Origin: a virus
Taxonomy: Duplodnaviria > Caudoviricetes
Reading direction: 5' to 3' (one strand)
Virus record (IMG/VR): IMGVR_UViG_3300024309_000095
Span: 1 to 44,370 of that record
DNA: 44,370 nucleotides
Position 1 is the stretch's first letter, and each line of letters opens with the position of its first letter. The position numbers and the translations under genes are program-made. Positions 33,744 through 43,403 of this stretch are shown here, piece after piece. Under the pieces are notes generated by a model. It searched no databases. It was not told the origin of the DNA and saw only the letters and a program-made list of their open reading frames with translations.

Positions 33744-36404
33744 ATGGCCATGCAGAAAGACATACACGACGAGCTGCTGCCCCGGCTTATGAAGGATTTT
33801 TCCTTCAAAGATAACGGGAAGTGGCTGCAAAAGGGCCTTTGCCCCGACTGTCAGAAAAAAGAGCTGTTCGTCAACAAGGCCGATCCCTGGGTACTGAAAT
33901 GCGGACGCGAAGAAAAGTGCCGATACGAACGGTCCATCAAGGACGAATACCCCGAAATTTTCGACGTTTGGTCGAAGCGCTACAAGCCGACCGAAAAAGA
34001 ACCCCACGCCGCCGCTGACGCCTATCTGCACAATGCCCGCCGCCTGAACCTGCTCAACATGCGCGGCGCCTATACGCAGGACACCTATTATGACGGCAAG
34101 CGCCGCATCGCCTCCGCCACCGTCCGTTTCAGACTGCCGAACAACACATGGTGGGAACGGCTGATCGACCAGCCCGGTCGCTTCGATCGCAAGGCGCATT
34201 TCGAGCTGGGCGGGGAATGGGGCGGCCACGTCTGGGCGCCGCTCGATCAGAACAGCGAGGTTCAGGCCCGCGCCAGCCGCATTTGGATATGCGAAGGCAT
34301 TTTCGATGCCTGGGCGCTGCGCGATGCCGGTCATGTCGCCGTGTCCGCCATGTCGGTCAACAACTGGCCGGAAAAGTGGCTGTCCGAGTTGCGCCGCTCT
34401 ATCGCCGCCCTGGGTCTGACCACGGCCCCGGAACTGGTTTTCGCCTTCGATATCGGCAAGGCGGGCACCGAATACACCCGCAAATTCGTCGCCCGCGCGA
34501 CCGAGGAAAATTGGAAGGCGACGGCCGCCCAGCCACGGCCGGAAGGTGAAATCGAGAAGCTGGACTGGAATGACCTCAAAATCCGCGACCGCCTGCGGCC
34601 GGAGGATATGGCCGGCTATTTGTGGAACGGGCGCGTTCTGCTGGCCAAGGATGCCACCGAAAAGGCCCTGTTGCTCTGGGAAAAGCATAAGTGGTCGGAC
34701 TTCTCATTTATCCATGGGTCGCGCACATGGTGGGCCACATTCGACCAGGCCCGCATGACGGAAATCATGTCGAAGGAAGGCGTCAGCGAGAAATACGCCG
34801 CCAAGTCCTGCGCCGTGGTCACAGAGGTCGCCAACTGCGCCTTCCGCTCTCTGTACTGGCAACGGGACGAGAGCGTGGACGAAGCGTATCACTTTATGCG
34901 CATCGACTTCCCGTCATATTCCGCGCCATTCAAGGCCACCTTCACGGGCGGCCAGATCACGTCGGCATCGGAGTTCAAAAAGCGCCTGGCCAGCGTCACC
35001 CCCACCGGCGCGTGGATCGGCTCGACCCGCCAGCTTGACCGAATTTTCGCGCGGCAGGGCGCTGACCTGCGCATCGTCCAGGCGCTCGATTTCGCCGGCT
35101 ACAGCCGCGAACACAAGGCATGGGTGCTGGATGAAATCGCCGTCACGAACGGCAAGGTCATCAAGATCAACGACGAAGACTATTTCGACCTGGGTCGCAC
35201 GGCCCTGAAATTGCGCACCCGCGAACGCGCCTTTGACATCGCCTATGACAGCGACCGTTTCGACACGTCCTGGCTTTCCCCTCTGTGGGTGGCTTTCCGC
35301 GAAAACGGCATCGTCACCCTGACTTTCTGGGTCATGGCGTTTTTTGCCGAACAAATCCGGGGCGATTTCAAATCTATGGGCTTTCTGGAAATGACCGGCA
35401 TACCCGGCACCGGCAAGTCCACCATTATCGAGTTTTTGTGGAAACTTTGCGGGCGCGAAAATTACGAAGGTTTTGACCCGGCCAAATCCACCCTGGCCGC
35501 CTATACCCGCAACCTCTCCCGCGTCGGGAACCTGCCCGTCGTCTTCATGGAAGGCGACCGTGGCGAGGATGCACCCCATGCCAAGAAAATGGACTGGGAT
35601 GAAATCAAGCCGCTGTTCAACGGCAAGATCGGCCGGGCGCGCGGCATTAAATCCGCCGGCAACGAAACCTACGAACCGCCCTTCCGGGGCGCGCTGATCA
35701 TCGAACAGAACTACCCGGTCAACGCCTCCCCCGCCGTCATGGAACGGCTTATGCCGCTCAACTATACGAAGGACGGCTGGTCAGAAGCCACCAAGACGGC
35801 GGCCACCCGGATCGAGAATTGGCCGATCGAGGAAATCAGCGGCACCATCATTCACCTGATCCGCCGCGAGGCCGACTATCTCAAGGTGTTCCGCGAAAAC
35901 CTGCGGACTTACGAAGAGCGGCTGGCCAAGAAGGCGAAGGTGCGCAACGGCCGTATCCGCCTGACCCATGCCGAGCTTCATGCCGGCCTTGATGCCCTGG
36001 CCGCGATCATGCCCGGCCTGGTCGCAGAAACCGTCGCGCAGGTCCATGAGTTCATCGACACCATGGCGCAGGCCAAGGACCGGTCGCTGGAAACCGACCA
36101 CCCGATCGTTGCCGACTTCTGGGACGCCTATGACCTGATGGTCATCAAGGAAGGCGTGGATGGGGTCAACCATTCCCGCAACCCGGACGAGTTCATCGCC
36201 GTCAACCTCTTGGATTTCGAGAGCAAGTGCAGACGCGCACAGGTGAGCTGCCCCGCCATCACCGACCTGAAAAAGCACCTGAAAGCCTCGAAATCGCGGC
36301 CTTTCGTCGAGGCCAAGTCGGTCAATTCCGTCAACGAAAAATACGTCCACTGCTGGGTTTTCCGCAATCCGGATGCCGTTTCCAAAGCCAAAAAAGGAGC
36401 CTGA
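33744..36404 (+). CDS. Zn-finger/toprim primase-helicase replication protein
   Basis: CPDC..C..C zinc finger, ICEGIFDA and FAFD toprim motifs, GIPGTGKST Walker A. Confidence 0.88.
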   Translation: MAMQKDIHDELLPRLMKDFSFKDNGKWLQKGLCPDCQKKELFVNKADPWVLKCGREEKCRYERSIKDEYPEIFDVWSKRYKPTEKEPHAAADAYLHNARRLNLLNMRGAYTQDTYYDGKRRIASATVRFRLPNNTWWERLIDQPGRFDRKAHFELGGEWGGHVWAPLDQNSEVQARASRIWICEGIFDAWALRDAGHVAVSAMSVNNWPEKWLSELRRSIAALGLTTAPELVFAFDIGKAGTEYTRKFVARATEENWKATAAQPRPEGEIEKLDWNDLKIRDRLRPEDMAGYLWNGRVLLAKDATEKALLLWEKHKWSDFSFIHGSRTWWATFDQARMTEIMSKEGVSEKYAAKSCAVVTEVANCAFRSLYWQRDESVDEAYHFMRIDFPSYSAPFKATFTGGQITSASEFKKRLASVTPTGAWIGSTRQLDRIFARQGADLRIVQALDFAGYSREHKAWVLDEIAVTNGKVIKINDEDYFDLGRTALKLRTRERAFDIAYDSDRFDTSWLSPLWVAFRENGIVTLTFWVMAFFAEQIRGDFKSMGFLEMTGIPGTGKSTIIEFLWKLCGRENYEGFDPAKSTLAAYTRNLSRVGNLPVVFMEGDRGEDAPHAKKMDWDEIKPLFNGKIGRARGIKSAGNETYEPPFRGALIIEQNYPVNASPAVMERLMPLNYTKDGWSEATKTAATRIENWPIEEISGTIIHLIRREADYLKVFRENLRTYEERLAKKAKVRNGRIRLTHAELHAGLDALAAIMPGLVAETVAQVHEFIDTMAQAKDRSLETDHPIVADFWDAYDLMVIKEGVDGVNHSRNPDEFIAVNLLDFESKCRRAQVSCPAITDLKKHLKASKSRPFVEAKSVNSVNEKYVHCWVFRNPDAVSKAKKGA

Positions 36405-36406
36405 GA

Positions 36407-36778
36407 ATGCAAAACTACAAGAATAATCTGAAACTTTATGCCGAAAATCCGCAACGACTGGCCCGCGACCAGGCGCAAATCACTACTGTGTCGCGCGGCT
36501 ATGCCACTGGCGAAATCGAAGAACGCGAAATCTCGCTTTACGCCCTGCGTACCCTGTCGAACGCACAACTGAAAGCCGTCTGGCCGCATCTGCCGAAGCC
36601 CGCCCCGAAGCCCGAACCTGTTACGCGTTCTGAGGAACACAATCTCTGGCTACCGCGCCGGGAAACGCAGTTTGTTCTTGGCTGGGTTGATATCGTGCTG
36701 CTCGTTTCCGGCGCGGCTTTGTTCGGGATCGGCATTGGCGGCGTCCTGCTCGCGGCCTTCATTAAGTGTGCCGCATGA
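36407..36778 (+). CDS. Hypothetical protein with a C-terminal TM helix
   Basis: AGGAG RBS; 123 aa. Confidence 0.65.
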   Translation: MQNYKNNLKLYAENPQRLARDQAQITTVSRGYATGEIEEREISLYALRTLSNAQLKAVWPHLPKPAPKPEPVTRSEEHNLWLPRRETQFVLGWVDIVLLVSGAALFGIGIGGVLLAAFIKCAA

Positions 36779-37089
36779 TGCGCGTCCGTATTTACCCCCA
36801 TGCCGTCGAGCGTCTCAAACAGTCCTCGCGGCGTTTCCTTCCTGACATCAAGAACAGCCACCGTATCGAGGCTTTTGCCAGAGGACTGCGTTACAATTCC
36901 TACGCCAGCCTGACCTTCGACCTGAAGGCCAACCATGAGGTTGTCCGGACCCTGGATGGCAAACGTTTTACCGCCTTCATACGAGAGAAATATCCGCATT
37001 TGCCCGCAGAACGCGGGCCGGAAGTGTTCCTGCTCATTGTCGGCCATGCCTGTTTGCAGGTGGTCGATGCCGAAGGCGGTGCGGAATGA
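36775..37089 (+). CDS. Hypothetical protein
   Basis: ATGA-coupled 104-aa ORF. Confidence 0.65.
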   Translation: MMRVRIYPHAVERLKQSSRRFLPDIKNSHRIEAFARGLRYNSYASLTFDLKANHEVVRTLDGKRFTAFIREKYPHLPAERGPEVFLLIVGHACLQVVDAEGGAE

Positions 37090-37199
37090 AGGACATCGGC
37101 CTCTTCATCCTTGGCTGGCTAATCGGCTACGCACTTGGCAATGCAGCAATTTGGGCAAGCGGCGTCGCATGGCGTTCGATCCGGCGGGTGCGTAAATGA
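37086..37199 (+). CDS. Small membrane peptide (37 aa, not in the ORF track)
   Basis: MKDIGLFILGWLIGYALG...; ATGA overlaps at both ends. Confidence 0.55.
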   Translation: MKDIGLFILGWLIGYALGNAAIWASGVAWRSIRRVRK

Positions 37200-37966
37200 G
37201 CACCATCGACGATCTTTACCCCAGGGCCAAACACCTTGTCCTGACCGAAGGCAAGGCCTCGACCAGCTTTATCCAGCGCAGTCTCCAGATTGGCTATAAC
37301 GCGGCCACCGCCCTGATCGAGCGTATGGAGGCGGATGGCATAGTCAGTGCCGCCAACCATGCCGGAAAGCGTGAAATCATTGGCCCGGCCGCCACGGTCG
37401 CTGAAATCTGTGCCGAGGTGCGCGAACTGACCGCGCAGACGGCTGACACGCCGCCTTGGGAAGGTGAAGCCGAAACGCAGGCGGCTCCAAAAGCCGAAGC
37501 CCCGGTTCTGCCGAATGATGGCACGGTCTATACCTGTTCCGGCTGCGATATTGAAGTCCAGGGCAACGCGCAGCACCAGCCTCCCGGCTGGTATGAGCAA
37601 TATTCGTCCACCCTGGGCGTAATGATGCACCGCTGTCCGGATTGCGCCGCCAAGAACGCGGTGCAGATCGCCACCGGCAAGATGACAACGGAAGAAATCG
37701 CCGCCGCCGGTGATGATGCCGACACCATCACGGCGGCCGCGCAAGGCCGCCTGCGCACCATCGTCGAACGCTGCCAGCGCGTCATGGAGGATATTTCCGG
37801 CCTGCGCGGCGACCTCAAGGAAGTGCTGGACGAGGCGAAGGGCGAAGGTTTCGACGTCAAGATCATCCGCAAGCTGCTGTCTGAGCTGCAAAAAGACCCG
37901 GCCAAACGCGAGGAAGAACGCGAGCTGCTGGAGCTGTACGCCGCCTCGATCGGGGAGCGTCTGTAA
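37196..37966 (+). CDS. FtsK-gamma + Zn-ribbon + GapR (DUF2312) fusion protein
   Basis: KASTSFIQRSLQIGYNAATALIERMEADGIVS; CSGC...CPDC; AQGRLRTIVER...KEVLDEAKGEGFDVKIIRKLL...LLELY. Confidence 0.85.
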   Translation: MSTIDDLYPRAKHLVLTEGKASTSFIQRSLQIGYNAATALIERMEADGIVSAANHAGKREIIGPAATVAEICAEVRELTAQTADTPPWEGEAETQAAPKAEAPVLPNDGTVYTCSGCDIEVQGNAQHQPPGWYEQYSSTLGVMMHRCPDCAAKNAVQIATGKMTTEEIAAAGDDADTITAAAQGRLRTIVERCQRVMEDISGLRGDLKEVLDEAKGEGFDVKIIRKLLSELQKDPAKREEERELLELYAASIGERL

Positions 37967-38100
37967 TGCCCCGGAAATATCAGCGCCGCCCGCTTTGTCC
38001 GTGGGGCTTCCTCACCCTGTTCATGCTGACCGGTTCCGCCACCGGCATGGCCACGGCGCTCTTTTGCGCCTGGCGGATGATCACGGGGCACCCGTCATGA
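37966..38100 (+). CDS. Small hydrophobic protein (44 aa)
   Basis: TAATG coupling; MPRKYQRRPLCPWGFLTLF... Confidence 0.5.
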   Translation: MPRKYQRRPLCPWGFLTLFMLTGSATGMATALFCAWRMITGHPS

Positions 38101-38256
38101 ACCCGCACCCCCTGCTCGACCGGCAAACGCCCGTTCCGGTCGGCCGGCGCTGCCCGACAGGCCAACGCCACCAACCCCAAACGCATCCGCGTCTACCTCT
38201 GCCACGAATGCAGATGTTTCCACACCACCTCAAAAAAGAAGGAAAAATACAGATGA
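38097..38256 (+). pseudogene. Small Cys/His (Zn-binding) ORF with a frameshifted start
   Basis: Frame from 38101 reads TRTPCSTGKRPF...RVYLCHECRCFHTTS and ends in an ATGA overlap, but the ATG at 38097 is one base out of frame. Confidence 0.5.
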
Positions 38257-38882
38257 TCACAGTCACCTTTTACGGCCCTGTAGCCAGCGGAAAAACCACT
38301 GCTATCGAGGAAGCCATTAAGCTGTTGACCGGGCGCGGCTACAGGTGCGCGAATGCAGAAGGTTGGTCGGATAATGCCACCCCTCCAAAAGACCTCGATG
38401 TCATTTTCAAATCGGTTATCGAAGGTAGTGAACTGCTCTTCGAAATCGATTGTTCCGATCAAAGCGGCACACAGCTTTATTGGAACGTGAATGCAGAGTG
38501 CGAACTGGCGGTCGATGTCGCCCTTGATCGTCTGGCGGAGGAAAAAGCGGCCCGTGAAGCCAAGACAACACCCGCCGGCGACTACGCCATCCTCGAAATG
38601 TTCGGCCATTCCACCTTGGTCGGGCGCATTTGCGAGGTCGAGCGTTTCGGCTCGAAAATGCTCCAGATTGAGCCGATCTGGCAGGACGCCTTGTTGCCGC
38701 CGGTTCATGTGGGCGGCGCATCGATCTATCGCCTGACACCCTGTAGCGCAGACGTGGCTTTCAAACGCCAGCCGCAACATACCTACCAGTTGCCGGATAC
38801 CTTACGCGCCACGCTCGCCGCCCCCGAACCGGCGAAGGTCGAATACTACGCCGGCGGCGACTTAGACGATGTGAATTTTTAG
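38253..38882 (+). CDS. Hypothetical protein with an N-terminal P-loop-like motif
   Basis: GPVASGKTT; AAGGA RBS; C-terminal YAILEMFGH..LVGR domain. Confidence 0.65.
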   Translation: MITVTFYGPVASGKTTAIEEAIKLLTGRGYRCANAEGWSDNATPPKDLDVIFKSVIEGSELLFEIDCSDQSGTQLYWNVNAECELAVDVALDRLAEEKAAREAKTTPAGDYAILEMFGHSTLVGRICEVERFGSKMLQIEPIWQDALLPPVHVGGASIYRLTPCSADVAFKRQPQHTYQLPDTLRATLAAPEPAKVEYYAGGDLDDVNF

Positions 38883-38891
38883 GCCGCCGTC

Positions 38892-39200
38892 ATGTCCGTC
38901 CGCATCCACCTGACCTATTGGGCGCCAGGCTGCGCCGATGTGGAAAGCACCGACCCGGCGCTCTGGCACGATTTCGACAGCCTGACCGCTGAAGAAGCCA
39001 TCCTCTGGATCATCAAGCGCCTCGAAAGATCGTCCGCCGCCGCCCTGATCGTCAGGGACGAGCACTTAGGGACCGTCTTTTACGCCCGCCATCCGGATAG
39101 CAACCAGCCTGTCCGGATGGCCACCGTCCTCGACGGCCTGTCGTTCCCCGACCTGGCCGAAGCCCACGAAACCCTCAAAAAACGAAAGAAAGCCGGATGA
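38892..39200 (+). CDS. Hypothetical protein
   Basis: 102-aa ORF in the early operon. Confidence 0.6.
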   Translation: MSVRIHLTYWAPGCADVESTDPALWHDFDSLTAEEAILWIIKRLERSSAAALIVRDEHLGTVFYARHPDSNQPVRMATVLDGLSFPDLAEAHETLKKRKKAG

Positions 39201-39358
39201 ATTGGGCCTCTTACACTCTGGTCGCGCTTCTCGTGATCAATATCCTCTCTACGGCACATGAAGCCGGAAAAACCGGCAGGCCACGAATTTTTTGGATTGC
39301 TCTGATCGCTGGAGCCATCAACGCCGTCCTCTACTATTTCGCCGGGGTGTTAGGATGA
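39197..39358 (+). CDS. Small membrane protein (53 aa, not in the ORF track)
   Basis: MNWASYTLVALLVINIL...; ATGA overlaps at both ends. Confidence 0.55.
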   Translation: MNWASYTLVALLVINILSTAHEAGKTGRPRIFWIALIAGAINAVLYYFAGVLG

Positions 39359-40191
39359 GCGCGCCTATCAAAAACACCGCCCTCCACTACCACGGCGCGA
39401 AATTCCGCCTTGCGCCATGGATCATGCAATTTTTCCCTGCCCATCGCACCTATGTCGAACCCTTCGGCGGTGCGGCCGGCGTCCTGCTGAGGAAAGCGCC
39501 GGCATATGCCGAAGTCTATAACGATCTTGACGGCGAAGTCGTCGCGTTCTTCCGTGTATTGCGTGACCCGACACAGCTTGAAAAGCTGGTCGAAGCCCTC
39601 ACCCTGACGCCCTACGCCCGTGAAGAATTCAAGGAGGCATACGTTCCGGCCGCCGATGATGTCGAACGCGCCCGCCGCCTTTGCATCCGCTCACATATGG
39701 GCTTTGGCAGCGCCGCCACTTCTGGCCAGGCTGTAGGCTTTCGCATCGATACCGCCCGCCCCTACGGCACCACACAGGCGGTGTGGGCGCGTTATCCGGA
39801 GACGTTAGGTGCGGTCGGCCGGCGACTTGCCGGCGTCCTGATCGAAAACCGCCCTGCAGAACGTGTCATTCGTGATCATGACCGCGACGACACCCTGTTT
39901 TTTGTCGATCCGCCCTATCTGCTTTCAACCCGAAAGGTTGGCGACTCCGCCTGTTATCGCCACGAAATGAGTGAGCAGGACCATATTGCCCTCATTGAAC
40001 AATTGAAGATGATCAAAGGCATGGTGGTATTGTCGGGCTATCAGTCCGACCTTTATTCCGATCTGCTTTCAGGCTGGACGCAACATGAAAAGCGGACCGC
40101 CGCATCTGCCGGCAGAGGCTCCGCCGTCCGAACTGAGGTTGTCTGGCTGAACCCTCGTTGCGCGAAGCGTCAGATTGCAGGTGCCGCATGA
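39355..40191 (+). CDS. Dam-like (D12 class) N6-adenine DNA methyltransferase
   Basis: YHGAKFRLAPWI, YVEPFGGAAGV, EVYND, FVDPPY. Confidence 0.9.
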   Translation: MSAPIKNTALHYHGAKFRLAPWIMQFFPAHRTYVEPFGGAAGVLLRKAPAYAEVYNDLDGEVVAFFRVLRDPTQLEKLVEALTLTPYAREEFKEAYVPAADDVERARRLCIRSHMGFGSAATSGQAVGFRIDTARPYGTTQAVWARYPETLGAVGRRLAGVLIENRPAERVIRDHDRDDTLFFVDPPYLLSTRKVGDSACYRHEMSEQDHIALIEQLKMIKGMVVLSGYQSDLYSDLLSGWTQHEKRTAASAGRGSAVRTEVVWLNPRCAKRQIAGAA

Positions 40192-40382
40192 GTGATTTCA
40201 ACTGCCCAGCCTGCAACCTAGCCTTCTACATAGGCGAATATCCGGACCACCTAACGGACATGGGTCCAAACAATACCTTCGAGTTCGACTGCGACTGTGG
40301 CGCCGTCTTCACCTGTGACGTGGACTGGGACCCCACCATCACGCCGCGCGATGACTTCAAAATGTCAGGCGGTGCCGCATGA
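40188..40382 (+). CDS. Small Zn-ribbon protein
   Basis: CPAC...CDCG; ATGA coupling. Confidence 0.65.
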   Translation: MSDFNCPACNLAFYIGEYPDHLTDMGPNNTFEFDCDCGAVFTCDVDWDPTITPRDDFKMSGGAA

Positions 40383-41722
40383 CCGCCACGCCTCTCAAAA
40401 TCGGCAATGCCACCTTGCTCACCGGTGAATGCCGCAACGTCATGGCTACCCTGCCGGATGCCTCGGTTGACGCCATCGTCACGGACGCGCCCTACGGCCT
40501 GTCGGAAGAACCCGATATGCTCGAAGTGCTCCGTCACTGGATGGCAGGTGACGACTATACTCATGCCACCACCGGCTTCATGGGCAAGGAATGGGATAGC
40601 TTCGTGCCCGGCCCGGCTATCTGGCGGGAAGCCTTCCGCGTCCTTAAGCCAGGCGGCCATTTGCTTTGCTTCGGCGGCACCCGCACCTATGATATGGTTG
40701 TGCTCGCCATACGTCTGGCAGGCTTTGAAATCCGTGACCAAATCGACTGGATTTACGGCAACGGCTTTCCCAAAAACCTCAATATCGAACGCGCGATCGA
40801 TTGCGAGGTCTGCACCCTTCCCGGCCGACATTTCCGCACCAACCTGCCTGATCTCCATATCCGCCGGCCCAATGATCACATTTGCCCGCCGTCCGTTACC
40901 GGGGCCGAACACACCGGCAAGGGCACTGCGCTCAAACCCGCCCATGAACCCATTGTGGTTGCGCGCAAGCCTCTGATCGGAAGCGTAGCAAGCAACGTGC
41001 GATCTCATGGCACTGGCGCCTTAAATATCGACGCCTGCAGGGTCGGCTTTGCAAGTGAAGCCGATAAGGCTGAAACTACAGGAAAAAATAAACACTCCGG
41101 GCGCGGTCGAGCAAACAATGCTGTGTTTGGCCACGGCTTCAACGCTGACACTAACTATGATGCCGAAGCTCGCTGGCCAGCCAACATTATCCACGATGGC
41201 AGTGATGAAATCGTGGCACAGTTCCCTGCAAACCGCCCGGCCGCTGGCGGATCTGCGCGTGAAAAAGTGGGGACAGATGGCAATGTGTTTAGCCCTGGCA
41301 TTACGTCAGGCGGGCAAAAGATCGTTAGAAACGATACAGGTTCAGCCGCCCGCTTCTTCTATTGCGCCAAGGCCAGCAAACGCGAACGGGATGAAGGTCT
41401 GACAGGCCCGGAAAAGCCGGTATTCTGGCATCAGACCGGCAATGGCGCATCTGGAAAGCCATCCTCGATCAGCGCCGGCAGGGCCACGGCCCTGAAAAAC
41501 GACCACCCGACCGTTAAACCGGTCGAGCTGATGCGTTACCTGATCCGCCTGGTCGCTTCGCCGGGTCAGATCGTGCTTGACCCATTCATGGGATCAGGCA
41601 GCACCGGCAAGGCCGCCGCTCTCGAAGGCGTGGATTTTATCGGCATCGACATGAACCCCGCCTATGTCGAGATCGCCGCCGGCCGCATCGCCTTCAGCCA
41701 GGTCGAGGCCGCCGCCGAATGA
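40379..41722 (+). CDS. N4/N6 DNA methyltransferase (beta class)
   Basis: IVTDAPY, RVLKPGG, HPTVKPVELM, DPFMGSGSTG. Confidence 0.9.
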   Translation: MTATPLKIGNATLLTGECRNVMATLPDASVDAIVTDAPYGLSEEPDMLEVLRHWMAGDDYTHATTGFMGKEWDSFVPGPAIWREAFRVLKPGGHLLCFGGTRTYDMVVLAIRLAGFEIRDQIDWIYGNGFPKNLNIERAIDCEVCTLPGRHFRTNLPDLHIRRPNDHICPPSVTGAEHTGKGTALKPAHEPIVVARKPLIGSVASNVRSHGTGALNIDACRVGFASEADKAETTGKNKHSGRGRANNAVFGHGFNADTNYDAEARWPANIIHDGSDEIVAQFPANRPAAGGSAREKVGTDGNVFSPGITSGGQKIVRNDTGSAARFFYCAKASKRERDEGLTGPEKPVFWHQTGNGASGKPSSISAGRATALKNDHPTVKPVELMRYLIRLVASPGQIVLDPFMGSGSTGKAAALEGVDFIGIDMNPAYVEIAAGRIAFSQVEAAAE

Positions 41723-42069
41723 CCGCGCCCGTCCATGCCACTCCAAATGCCTGGCCTCTCCTTATGCGTATGGAGACGGCTTTGGCATATCTGGATAACA
41801 TGGACGAGCGCACCTTTAAGAAAATCTGCCCGGTTCAGCCGCTCGACCTGGGCGCCAATGTTCTGCGCTACCATCGTATGGACCTTGACGCTTGGGCGGC
41901 CGGCGTCGATCACCGCTTGCCGAAATCCGCCGCCATCGTTAACGATGTGCCGGCAAAAAGCGCCCCTCCCGTCGAAGAATTGAGCGCGACCGCCACAATG
42001 TCCTCACTGGACAGGGTGCGCGCCCGTATCGAAAAGGACAAAACGTGTCGGAAAATGAGCCGCCGATAA
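41719..42069 (+). CDS. Probable excisionase (HTH)
   Basis: PLLMRMETALAYLD...RYHRMDLDAW; directly before int. Confidence 0.65.
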   Translation: MTAPVHATPNAWPLLMRMETALAYLDNMDERTFKKICPVQPLDLGANVLRYHRMDLDAWAAGVDHRLPKSAAIVNDVPAKSAPPVEELSATATMSSLDRVRARIEKDKTCRKMSRR

Positions 42070-43235
42070 AGGTCAAATACGTCCAGCGGGCGAAATGGGG
42101 CGACCAGACCCACCTCTATTTCCGCAAGGGCGAGTACCGCGAAGGCCCTCTGGCGTCTGCCGATGGCACTCAGGAACTCAAGGACGAGGTGGAAGCCATC
42201 CTGAAAAGGCTGACCGCCGCCACGACGGCGGCCGCCAAGCCGCGCGCCGGCACGGTAGGCGCTGTACTGAAGGAATATAACCGGTCCCCCGAATTCCTGA
42301 ACAATGCCAGGGTCACCCAAGAGGACTATCAGGAATATATCGACGAGTTTCAGGCAGACATTGGCGACCAGCTGCTGAAAGACGTGACCCGCGCATGGGT
42401 TTTGGAGCTGCGGAACCTCTGGGCACAGAGGGGGTATCGCGCCGCCAATTTGCGTCTTCAGGTGCTGAAAAATGCCCTCAAGTCCATAATCCTTGACGAT
42501 GACGACACCCGCATAAAGGGCGATCCGTTCAAAGGCATCGAAAACGTGAAGCGACCGTCAGAGATGGGCGAAGCCCACCTGATATGGACGGATGCCGAGG
42601 TTGAAATCTGCATAGAGGATGCGATCGCGCGTGGTCGCCCGGGCCTGGCCCGCGCCGTCGCCCTCGGCCGCTATGCCGGATTCCGGCGCAAGTCCATTTG
42701 CAAGGTGCCGCTCCATGCCCGGATCAAAGACTATGATAGCGACGGCTATCTGGTGAACCGCCTCTATTGGCTGACGGAAAAGCGCAAGGTTCAGGCTGAC
42801 ATGCGCGAGGACGCGAAGCTGACCGCCATCATGGACCGGACGCCGAACAAGGCCCTGACCATTGCCTATAACGCCGATGGCAACCCATGGAAGGAGCGCC
42901 AGCTTAATCAGGCCATCGATCGGCACATGGCCCGTCTGGCCAAAGCCGGGAAGGTTCGCGCCGCCGTTGACGAGGACGGTAACGTCTACTGCCCGCTCGA
43001 TATTCACGGCCTGCGCCATGCGCGTGGCGTGGAATTGGCCCGTAGCGGCAACTCGGACGCCCAGATACAGGCGCAGCTCGCACAGTCCACCCCGGCCGCC
43101 GCCGTCAAATACCGCCGGCAGGCAATGAACCGGGATCTGGCTGACGCTGCCCAGGACAGCGTCGATAACGTGCGCGACCTTCGGGCGAAGCGGAAGGCCG
43201 CTAAGCGCGGAACCAGGCGGGAACAAAAACTGTAA
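42045..43235 (+). CDS. int: Prophage tyrosine integrase
   Basis: HLYFRK N-terminus, AGFR, EKR, HGLRH, KY; ends next to att. Confidence 0.9.
   Translation: MSENEPPIKVKYVQRAKWGDQTHLYFRKGEYREGPLASADGTQELKDEVEAILKRLTAATTAAAKPRAGTVGAVLKEYNRSPEFLNNARVTQEDYQEYIDEFQADIGDQLLKDVTRAWVLELRNLWAQRGYRAANLRLQVLKNALKSIILDDDDTRIKGDPFKGIENVKRPSEMGEAHLIWTDAEVEICIEDAIARGRPGLARAVALGRYAGFRRKSICKVPLHARIKDYDSDGYLVNRLYWLTEKRKVQADMREDAKLTAIMDRTPNKALTIAYNADGNPWKERQLNQAIDRHMARLAKAGKVRAAVDEDGNVYCPLDIHGLRHARGVELARSGNSDAQIQAQLAQSTPAAAVKYRRQAMNRDLADAAQDSVDNVRDLRAKRKAAKRGTRREQKL
43210..43224 (+). promoter_or_regulatory. LexA-box consensus at the int 3' end
   Basis: GAAC-CAGGCGG-GAAC. Confidence 0.45.
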
Positions 43236-43260
43236 AGGGAACTGTAAAGTCGCTGTAAAG
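43230..43260 (+). repeat. Integrase arm-type repeats (CTGTAAAG x3)
   Basis: Copies at 43230, 43242 and 43253; a fourth at 2370-2377 inside the left end. Confidence 0.7.
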
Positions 43261-43325
43261 GGATCAGCAGTTTCAGCCGCGGCGACTTCCAAGGCCCAAT
43301 AAATACATGATTTTAAAGGGAGAAA

Positions 43326-43403
<78 letters not shown>

